Source: a virus
Length of the DNA stretch: 64,000 nucleotides
Virus record (IMG/VR): IMGVR_UViG_3300035670_000014
Span: 106,949 to 170,948 of that record
Reading direction: 5' to 3' (one strand)
Each line of letters starts with the position of its first letter. The first letter of the stretch is position 1. Both the position numbers and the translations under genes were made by a program. The notes under the pieces are model-generated. The model did no database searches. It worked only from the letters and a program-made list of their open reading frames with translations, and was not told where the DNA came from. Of the stretch, positions 56,452-64,000 are shown one piece after another.

Positions 56452-58780
56452 TCAAATAATTCTTGATGAAAAGTTTACGGAAGATCAAATATTAAAATGT
56501 CTTCCTGTTAATCTAAAAGAAGAAGTCTGGAATCCTAAGTCCCCTAACTTCTTGAACTTTGAACACTTCAGGGATTCTGAAGAATATTCAGGTGGGCTAA
56601 CTGCGGTTAATAAAGTCACTCATGGCTTTAAGATGAATCGCAATAAAAGAATATACGGCCCTCGTGAGCTTAAGCTTGCAGCTGATAGCATACTCACTCC
56701 TTATCCTGCCCCTATTAAGAATGGCCACTCAGCTGGTGGTGATGATGGCCCTGTAATAGGAAGAGCAGTAAGAGCAAAGTATGTACCCAAGAAGTCTGAT
56801 GATGTTATTGATGTTAATCTTGTCAATAAGCTAAAAGCTACCGATAAGATGTTCCATCAGGCAATACAGAATGCAGCAAAGAAAGGTTTCTTTGGTAAAG
56901 ATAATGGTGGTGCTGGTTATCTGGAAGGCGTAAGTAAGATTACCGATAAAGATGCCATTGAGAAGATATTGGATGGTAGACTGATGACTGTCTCCGTAGA
57001 GATGATGACTTCCAAGTGGCTAGACCCAGGGTCTGGAGAGGCTTGGGATTATGATCTCCTTTCAAAGTTTCAGCCGGGAAGATTTGATGAAGACAAAGTC
57101 TTCCATGCACTCTTGGCAACTGACCTTCAAATAGAAGGCTGGGCATATGTGACTCATCCGGCCGATAGAGAAGCTGTACTCCTAAGCTCCATGAAGGATT
57201 CCATAGTTCAAGAATTTAAAGAAATGGCCAAGACGCCAACCTTCTACTTTGGTAACATTAACTATAAGAACATAAATGATTCTGTTCTTTCCAATCTAGA
57301 TTCTTCTATATGTGAAGACCATGCTATAGATGGTGGAGTTTTTGCAGATGAAAATACAGGCTTACAAGAAGAAAAAGAAGAAGTAATGCCCCTGGCAACA
57401 GATGCAGAAAAGTATAGCAATATAAGCTTTAGTCCGCCTCAGAGTGTTAGGGCTGCTGCTAAGCGTGGACTAGAGGTTAGGGCGTCTAAGCCTCCCTCTG
57501 AAAGAGGAGGCACTGCCATTGGCGTTGCAAGGGCCAGGGATCTAAGCAACGGCAAAGACGTAAGCCCTGACACTGCCAGGAGAATGAAAGCCTATTTTGA
57601 CCGTCATGAGATTGACAAAAAAGGTAGTACCTGGAGTGAACAAGGCAAAGGCTGGCAAGCATGGCACCTCTGGGGAGGTGACCCAGGACAAGCTTGGTCG
57701 GCTAAGTTAGTAAGACAAATGAATTCAGCTGACGAAGGCTCAGATGCCAATGCTGCAAGTGAAATTACCAATGATAATAACAATGCAAACGGAGATTACT
57801 CGATGCTAATTAATAAGTATAAAGAAGGCCTTGATACTGGGACTGAGACAGTAAAAGTCGAAGAAGTAGTATCTGAACTTTACGGCAAAGATTGTAAGGT
57901 TCAAGTTGTTAATGCCCTAATGTACAAGGGTATTCCAATTGCAAGCAATGATGCTTTTGCTTCTGTGCTCGAAGTATTTGGAGAAACCCCTGAACTTGAA
58001 AGACTATCTATAGTTCTCGATGCTCTACTTGATGGCAGAGATTCACTAGTAGAAGTAGTTGATTCAAAGGAAGATTCAGCCATAGATGATAACAATAAAA
58101 CAGAACAGTCAATCGCTGACGAAGAGGTATCAGTAGAAATGAACTTAGAATCTGTTATAGGTTTCATCCGTGATAATAAGGAAGCTGTAATTTCAGAGCT
58201 TAATCTTGTTGACTCACAAAAGTTTGAATCTCTTCAACTGGAGCTTGACTCCATTCGCTCACAAAAAGAAGAACTACAAAAGAAGCTTGACTTGTCTGCT
58301 TCTGATTCAGTTAAGCTTGGTGTGCTTCGAGATGAACTAAGAAGCATGAGTCAAGAAATTACTACAAGTCAAGTAATGTTTAATCAAGTAACTAGTGACT
58401 CAACTGCAATGCTTGCCAAGGTGGCTAAGGTTCTAAGTGCAGTTGGTTGCGAAGTTTCACTTGAAGATGATTTTATCTTTGCAACTAATCTAGATAGGTT
58501 TAATAAGGCAATTGATAGCCTTGACCTTGAACTTATTAGGTCTAAGGTAAATGCACTCGGAAAGGATCCGGTTACTGAATTAGTAGCTGCTGATCATGTA
58601 TCTGAGGAAGAAGTAAAAGTAGAGTACAATAAAGCAGAAATTAGAGCAGCTAGAAACTATGAATCACTAGTAGAAGATTCAGGTATTATTGCTGCAAATA
58701 ATTATTGGTCAAAACAAATCAAGCAAGGTTTTGTTAGACCAGATCTCAAAGCAAAACAAGTCCTAGATTCAATTAAGTAA
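56444..58780 (+). CDS. prohead protease / scaffold fusion
   Basis: NRNKRIY, NGH...PVIGR, KILDGRLMTVSV, YVTHPAD; C-terminal acidic coiled coil. Confidence 0.8.
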   Translation: MNNQIILDEKFTEDQILKCLPVNLKEEVWNPKSPNFLNFEHFRDSEEYSGGLTAVNKVTHGFKMNRNKRIYGPRELKLAADSILTPYPAPIKNGHSAGGDDGPVIGRAVRAKYVPKKSDDVIDVNLVNKLKATDKMFHQAIQNAAKKGFFGKDNGGAGYLEGVSKITDKDAIEKILDGRLMTVSVEMMTSKWLDPGSGEAWDYDLLSKFQPGRFDEDKVFHALLATDLQIEGWAYVTHPADREAVLLSSMKDSIVQEFKEMAKTPTFYFGNINYKNINDSVLSNLDSSICEDHAIDGGVFADENTGLQEEKEEVMPLATDAEKYSNISFSPPQSVRAAAKRGLEVRASKPPSERGGTAIGVARARDLSNGKDVSPDTARRMKAYFDRHEIDKKGSTWSEQGKGWQAWHLWGGDPGQAWSAKLVRQMNSADEGSDANAASEITNDNNNANGDYSMLINKYKEGLDTGTETVKVEEVVSELYGKDCKVQVVNALMYKGIPIASNDAFASVLEVFGETPELERLSIVLDALLDGRDSLVEVVDSKEDSAIDDNNKTEQSIADEEVSVEMNLESVIGFIRDNKEAVISELNLVDSQKFESLQLELDSIRSQKEELQKKLDLSASDSVKLGVLRDELRSMSQEITTSQVMFNQVTSDSTAMLAKVAKVLSAVGCEVSLEDDFIFATNLDRFNKAIDSLDLELIRSKVNALGKDPVTELVAADHVSEEEVKVEYNKAEIRAARNYESLVEDSGIIAANNYWSKQIKQGFVRPDLKAKQVLDSIK

Positions 58781-58793
58781 TAGGAGGATAGTA

Positions 58794-60218
58794 ATGGCTT
58801 ATATACCGAATTTCAGAAAGCCAGTTGTTCCTTTCGGGAATATCATTCCTGAAGTACACTCATCAAGTTCCGAGCGTCCCTGGCTAGATTCACAAGTAGC
58901 AAACTGGCTACCCCTTGGCGATACAACTACAAATCGTACCATGGGTTTCATTGTTTATGAAGAGCCTGTTAAGAAGGACTTCTTCGTAATTACCCCCGGT
59001 AAGCTTGTAGGTATTACCCGCGAGCGAATTTCACTTACAGGCTTTAATGGCCCCGTTGGCCGCCTTGTTCCTGCTGGCATTAAGCTTGCTTGGGAAGAAG
59101 CTGCCGGTGATGACGTAGTCCTTCAGTATAAAAACGTTGACGTAGAAAGGCGAACTGAGGATCTTGCTACTGGTACTTTTGTTGCAGGAGAAGTAGAGTA
59201 TACAAAGGATGAGCTCACCGCTGCCCTGCAGTCACGAGGCCTTCTTAAAACAACTGAAACCCTCTCTGACTTTGTCTCTGAGCCGGTAGGCATTGTTCCT
59301 CAGGCACAGTGGGAATCACCTGGTGGTGATGGTACCCAGCCGAGCGGCTTCAAGTTCCATAACTATAACAGGGGCAATCGCTCACAGATTCTCTGTGACT
59401 ATGTTCTTACCTATCCTCTTACTCCGTCGGGAGTTGCTACAACTACAGTTCCAGTGATAGGTACAGTAGTCGATGCACTCTCAGACCTAAGTGCACTAGA
59501 GCCTTCATCTAGCGGATCAGGCTTCTGGATACTACCTGCTGTAGTAGAGTCACTACTAGGTGCAAGGTATGGTGCCATTACTAATGAGAACTTTATTGGT
59601 CTGTCACTTGGTCGTCGCCGTCTAGAAGTCGCTCCACATCTTACGTTTAAGATTACAAGAGGTGCGACCGACAGGACTGATCTAGTTCTAGTAAGAAAGA
59701 AGAACCATATTAATGAGCTGACAAAAGAAGGTGACTATTTCGTTGACCTTGAGCTTGGTATTATTTTCTTCTATGAAGCAGGTGGTGATGGAATTCCTGT
59801 GAACCTTGCAGCTGCTGACGTAGTTTCAGGTCAGTACCTTCTAGCTTTCTCAACCTGGACTTCTCACTTGGCTCACATTCGAGGTGATATTTATCCTGGT
59901 CAGCTATTGACCTATGATAAGTACAGCAACTTTGCTCCTTTTGTTCCGCGTCCGGCTGAGACAGATGTAGATGGCACACCAGGTTCTGTTGATCTAGTTG
60001 ACCCGAGCACCTACACTCGCCCGGAGCGAATCGTAGGTCAGGCTCTAACTTTCTCCTCATATCCCCGTGACGGAATGGACAAGGTACACACCTGGTACTC
60101 AAACCTTCCCACTGGTGTGCTAGATAAGATGCCCGGTTCTGCAACTGGCGGCTTTACTGATCAACAAACCTATACCGGCTCAGGTCAGTACATGGTTCTA
60201 GTCAACTTACTTAAGTAA
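58794..60218 (+). CDS. capsid-associated structural protein (decoration-like)
   Basis: Between protease and MCP, AGGAGG RBS, MPGSATGG motif. Confidence 0.55.
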   Translation: MAYIPNFRKPVVPFGNIIPEVHSSSSERPWLDSQVANWLPLGDTTTNRTMGFIVYEEPVKKDFFVITPGKLVGITRERISLTGFNGPVGRLVPAGIKLAWEEAAGDDVVLQYKNVDVERRTEDLATGTFVAGEVEYTKDELTAALQSRGLLKTTETLSDFVSEPVGIVPQAQWESPGGDGTQPSGFKFHNYNRGNRSQILCDYVLTYPLTPSGVATTTVPVIGTVVDALSDLSALEPSSSGSGFWILPAVVESLLGARYGAITNENFIGLSLGRRRLEVAPHLTFKITRGATDRTDLVLVRKKNHINELTKEGDYFVDLELGIIFFYEAGGDGIPVNLAAADVVSGQYLLAFSTWTSHLAHIRGDIYPGQLLTYDKYSNFAPFVPRPAETDVDGTPGSVDLVDPSTYTRPERIVGQALTFSSYPRDGMDKVHTWYSNLPTGVLDKMPGSATGGFTDQQTYTGSGQYMVLVNLLK

Positions 60219-60232
60219 TTAGGAGGCTTTAA

Positions 60233-61495
60233 ATGAGCAGCTTTGGAAAGAAATATACTATTGAATCAGCCAGCGAATTGGCTGCTGTCATTGCAAATGA
60301 TGGCTACCACCCGCAGGCTACAGGGTCAGATGACCCGCGTCTAACAATACGCGATGCAGTTATGTCAAATGACCTAAGTGCATTGTTCCCTCACGCAGTA
60401 ACAGAGATCATGGTTGAGGCTACTGAGCCCATCCTTACTCTTACTCCCCTCCTTGATGTAATCAACGCAGAAGGTGCAGCTACTCATGAATGGCGTATGC
60501 CTGCCATTGGTACCTTTACCATTGAGCGTGTTGCTGAAGGTCAAGCTTATCCTCAGCGCAGACTACAGATGGGTGGTTCAACTGTAACCTGTACCATTGA
60601 TAAGTACGGTGTTGCTCTTGGCTTCTCACCTGATGCAATCGAAGCCTCACGCTGGGACCTACTTGGTATGCACCTTCGTGAAGCTGGCCGAGCATTTGCT
60701 CGCAAGAAGGAAACAGTTGTAGCTGACCACATCCGTGGCCTTGGCGAAGCTGTATTTGACAACCTCAATCCTTCTCTATCACGTCGTGGTATTACTACTG
60801 GCCGTGATATTGCAATGGCTCCCAATGGTACTCTTACTGTAGATGACCTATTTGAAGCTTATCATGACCTACTTCATAAGGGCTACATGGCTGATCTATT
60901 GATCATGCACCCGGCTACTTACATGATGTTCATCAAGGATCCGCTTCTTCGTGCATTCGTTATGCAGAATGGCGGCGGCGTAGTCTTTCAGAACTACACT
61001 GGTCAGGCTCGCAATGGCTTCCCCCGTCCTGCTGGCACCCAGATGACTATTGCATCTGGTAGCCGAAATGCTGGTCTTGGTCAGTTTAATACTGGTGCTC
61101 CTTCTAAGAACTCGGATTTCAATCCTGCTCTTACAAGCGCCCCGGTACTTCCGAGCTACTTGCCGTTCCCGCTTAGGATTATTGTAAGCCCCTTCATGCC
61201 TTATGATACAGTTAATCGTCTAACTGACATCATCATGTGTGATTCTTCTTCACTTGGCGCTGTTGTTGTAAAGCACGGCCTACGTCAGGTAAACTGGAGC
61301 GATCCTGAGCACGACCTACAGTATATGAGATTTGATGAAGCTTATGCTCCTCTTATGTATGAAGAAGGTATGGGTTCACTAGTGTTCCGTAACGTCAAGT
61401 GTGACCAGAACTGGTTCCCGGGTATGCCTGGAAGTGCAGATTTTGATATTACTTCAATTTCTGTAATTGATAGGACTACTGGTTCACCGCTCTAA
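60233..61495 (+). CDS. major capsid protein (HK97 fold)
   Basis: VAEGQAYP, KYGVALGFS...WDLLG...AGRAFARKKE, LLIMHP, IIVSPFMP. Confidence 0.88.
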   Translation: MSSFGKKYTIESASELAAVIANDGYHPQATGSDDPRLTIRDAVMSNDLSALFPHAVTEIMVEATEPILTLTPLLDVINAEGAATHEWRMPAIGTFTIERVAEGQAYPQRRLQMGGSTVTCTIDKYGVALGFSPDAIEASRWDLLGMHLREAGRAFARKKETVVADHIRGLGEAVFDNLNPSLSRRGITTGRDIAMAPNGTLTVDDLFEAYHDLLHKGYMADLLIMHPATYMMFIKDPLLRAFVMQNGGGVVFQNYTGQARNGFPRPAGTQMTIASGSRNAGLGQFNTGAPSKNSDFNPALTSAPVLPSYLPFPLRIIVSPFMPYDTVNRLTDIIMCDSSSLGAVVVKHGLRQVNWSDPEHDLQYMRFDEAYAPLMYEEGMGSLVFRNVKCDQNWFPGMPGSADFDITSISVIDRTTGSPL

Positions 61496-61523
61496 TTACT
61501 AGTTTACTTAGTAAGTAGTATCG

Positions 61524-61551
61524 AAGCCCCCTGGAAACAGGGGGCTTTTTT
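61524..61551 (+). terminator. intrinsic terminator after MCP
   Basis: AAGCCCCCTG-GAAA-CAGGGGGCTT-TTTT. Confidence 0.9.
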
Positions 61552-61583
61552 GTTTGTAGTAAAATGTAGGTGTCTTTAACCTG

Positions 61584-61823
61584 GTGTTACCAATGAACAA
61601 CAACATAGTAGATATTAAAAACTATAATTTAGATTTAACAGGAATTAATTTAAAAGAAGATTATGAAAGATTTTTAGAAGATGACTGGATTAGGGATAAT
61701 ACTGAAATGGTTAATGTTAGAGTAATATACTCAAATGAAGGCCTTGTAAGCCTTGAATTTACTGAGGAGAAGGGTTACCTTACAGTAAGTATTGATCCAG
61801 AGCTGAAGAAGATTATAGAGTAG
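61584..61823 (+). CDS. hypothetical protein
   Basis: Short acidic ORF. Confidence 0.5.
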   Translation: MLPMNNNIVDIKNYNLDLTGINLKEDYERFLEDDWIRDNTEMVNVRVIYSNEGLVSLEFTEEKGYLTVSIDPELKKIIE

Positions 61824-61919
61824 TTTATAGCTCTCTCAGGGCTATAGATTAGTCAAGTTATTTTAGACTATAGTAGGTACAATTATCTTGAGCACTTTTA
61901 ACCGAGCTTAAGAGGTTGT

Positions 61920-62960
61920 ATGTCTATTCAATTAACTTTCAGTCCTAGTGCGGGGAGCACTTTGGTTGGAGTAAATCAGCCTATTGAAATTATAAGCAAT
62001 AGGACTTTGGATTTATCTAACCTAGAAGGATGTATACATGTTTATGGGCCAGATTTTACTGTAGCCCAAAACACTACAATGGCCAATAGTGTTGCTTATG
62101 ATAAGCAGCATTTAAGTAAGATACTTAGAAGCGGTGGGTTTCAAGGGGAAGTCGAAATACAAATCCTTGTAGAAGGATCTACAATTCTGCCAGAAAGTCC
62201 AGATACAGAAACTGGAACCAGGATAATGGTTTACCCTAAGGGGTCATGGGCAGAGCATACAGATTACACTGTTTTTATTTCTGGCGGTGATAACACAGAA
62301 AAAGAAAGTACACTTAGAAGTATTAGCATTTATGAGCCTTCTGCCTTACAAGTTTCAAGAGGCCAGTTAATATTTGAAGGGACCTATACAGAAGATAAAA
62401 GCGATGTACTTGTCATACAGGTAACTTCAGGCGGACGTGCAAATGAAGTTGAATTTACATGGAGTTTTCTAGATGGAGAATCTGGGCAGGTAGAATCAAC
62501 AGCAAAGCTAAAAGATGAAGTTGTACACTACCTTGATAATGGCATAAGTATAAGGATTCTTACTGCAGAAGATCAGCTTATAGTTGATGGTGATTTTACA
62601 TCAGCATACTTGCAGAAGCCTGAGTTACTAGAAAGTACATTGAAGTATCAGTTTTCTACTGCAAAGAAAGAAATGATAGAAGTTGAAGCTGAAAGTTCAA
62701 CTTCCCCACTTATGACAACTTTATCTGTAAATGGATTTGAGTTGATTAACTCATCTCCTAAAGATGAAGCTTCTAATATTCCTCTAGATAAAACCAATAT
62801 AGTTCTACAATTTAATAAGGATGTAAATCCACAATCAGTAAATGCAAAGACAATTAGAATAAAAGCAACTGCAGCAGACGGGACAACTGAAACAGTAGAA
62901 GTGCCTGCTTCTTTTCTCGTAGAAGGTAGTCGTGTATTTATCAAGCTGGAGGTTGAGTAA
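61920..62960 (+). CDS. Ig-like (Big_5-type) virion protein
   Basis: FSPSAGSTLVGVNQPIEI, SSPKDEASNIPLD...LQFNKDVNPQSV. Confidence 0.7.
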   Translation: MSIQLTFSPSAGSTLVGVNQPIEIISNRTLDLSNLEGCIHVYGPDFTVAQNTTMANSVAYDKQHLSKILRSGGFQGEVEIQILVEGSTILPESPDTETGTRIMVYPKGSWAEHTDYTVFISGGDNTEKESTLRSISIYEPSALQVSRGQLIFEGTYTEDKSDVLVIQVTSGGRANEVEFTWSFLDGESGQVESTAKLKDEVVHYLDNGISIRILTAEDQLIVDGDFTSAYLQKPELLESTLKYQFSTAKKEMIEVEAESSTSPLMTTLSVNGFELINSSPKDEASNIPLDKTNIVLQFNKDVNPQSVNAKTIRIKATAADGTTETVEVPASFLVEGSRVFIKLEVE

Positions 62961-63985
62961 TGACAACACTACAGGGACAAGCAATAAAACTGGAAGCGCA
63001 ATTCACAAGTGGAATTGGCAAGAATATAGATCCTGCAGAATTAACTGTTTATATATTTGATCAAGGATCAAATCCAGATGAAAAAACAGTAAAAATAGAA
63101 GATGCAGTTGCTGTACTTAGCCCAGTAAGAGTGAAGAAAGGATCATATGAAGTTCAATATGATGTACCGCCTGACGGTGAAGTAGGAGAATGGTATGCTC
63201 TTTGGTTTGGTAGTAACAATACAACCTTCTTTAGAAAGGTTACCAAGTTTCAAGTAGTACATAACTATGAAATAAATGGAACACCGCAGCCTAAGAAAGT
63301 GTTCTACTTTACTGAGAATACGCTTTATACCATAGAAATAGATGGCGTAGAGTCAGTAGATGAAGAAGTCATTTCTGATGAAATGATATGGTTTACTAGC
63401 AAGTATACCCCAATGTATACAAGCTTCCAAAACATACTTGCTCTAATGAGAGAGTGGGTACTCAAGCTTAAAGAAGATGCAGTCAATTACTCTATATGGA
63501 AATATAGTGAAGAGGCTGACATCATTACTATGCCCAGAGTCGCGCCAGATGAAAAGTACCTGAGGCTTGCAAAGAGAAAGTTTGTAGAGTTCTCTACTGT
63601 ATTAAATCTTCTAGAAAACTTCAGTGGCTCTTCTTCTACTCTAAAGTCTAAGTCACTAGGTGACCTTAAGGTTATCTATGCAGACAATCAAATAGGCTTA
63701 GGCGATGCAATAAGAAAGACAAAGAAAGAATTAGAAGAATGGGAGAGGGTGCTTAACTCCGGTGGAACCAGAGTTAAGGGTCAAAGCATAGGGCTAGTGC
63801 CTACCATAGTAGGCATAAACTCAGGAGACAGGCCTTGGCTTGGTAGAGATATTTATGAAAATAAATATGGAGAAAGGGCAGCTAATAGCAGAATAAGAAA
63901 AGAAAAAGGCATAAGAACAGAGCCTGCATATGTAACACCAGTGACGCCTAGTCACATTGACAGGATAGGGAGAGATGTCTGGTAA
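62960..63985 (+). CDS. head-tail connector-like structural protein
   Basis: WFTSKYTPMY, KSKSLGDLKVIY; position after MCP. Confidence 0.5.
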   Translation: MTTLQGQAIKLEAQFTSGIGKNIDPAELTVYIFDQGSNPDEKTVKIEDAVAVLSPVRVKKGSYEVQYDVPPDGEVGEWYALWFGSNNTTFFRKVTKFQVVHNYEINGTPQPKKVFYFTENTLYTIEIDGVESVDEEVISDEMIWFTSKYTPMYTSFQNILALMREWVLKLKEDAVNYSIWKYSEEADIITMPRVAPDEKYLRLAKRKFVEFSTVLNLLENFSGSSSTLKSKSLGDLKVIYADNQIGLGDAIRKTKKELEEWERVLNSGGTRVKGQSIGLVPTIVGINSGDRPWLGRDIYENKYGERAANSRIRKEKGIRTEPAYVTPVTPSHIDRIGRDVW

Positions 63986-64000
63986 CTCAATAGTATTTAA

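Noticed and set aside
40143-63985. Stop-codon reassignment
   Set aside because: Structural genes are full length in the standard code and no suppressor tRNA is seen

Overview
Segment of a large (jumbo-type) tailed dsDNA phage genome with two divergent arms. From ~39.7 kb leftwards almost everything is on the minus strand. First come GC-rich, presumably early, single-gene cassettes separated by a repeated terminator/hairpin/leader unit (37.9-39.3 kb). Next is a 2365-aa polyvalent protein whose N-terminal half carries motifs of a single-chain two-barrel RNA polymerase, fused to ART-like, SLOG-like, DUF4326 and NADAR domains. Downstream of it are 15 covarying CCC-GAA-GGG triloop hairpins that look like N4-style template-strand hairpin promoters, preceding small genes (MYG1, two SSBs) and ORF-less units. 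Further left are an origin-like repeat region, interleaved arrays of ~10 Gly-rich proteins and 5 SPWEEV paralogs joined by dual-coding junction repeats, six tRNAs plus TilS, a doubly frameshifted beta clamp, and nucleotide-metabolism genes. At the left edge a spore-photoproduct-lyase-family radical SAM gene is fractured by a naturally split intein with an antisense HNH endonuclease overlapping both halves. From ~40.1 kb rightwards is the AT-rich plus-strand morphogenesis operon (large nuclease-bearing protein, TerL, portal, prohead protease/scaffold, decoration-like protein, major capsid, Ig-like and connector-like proteins). All calls come from reading motifs by eye; no searches were run.
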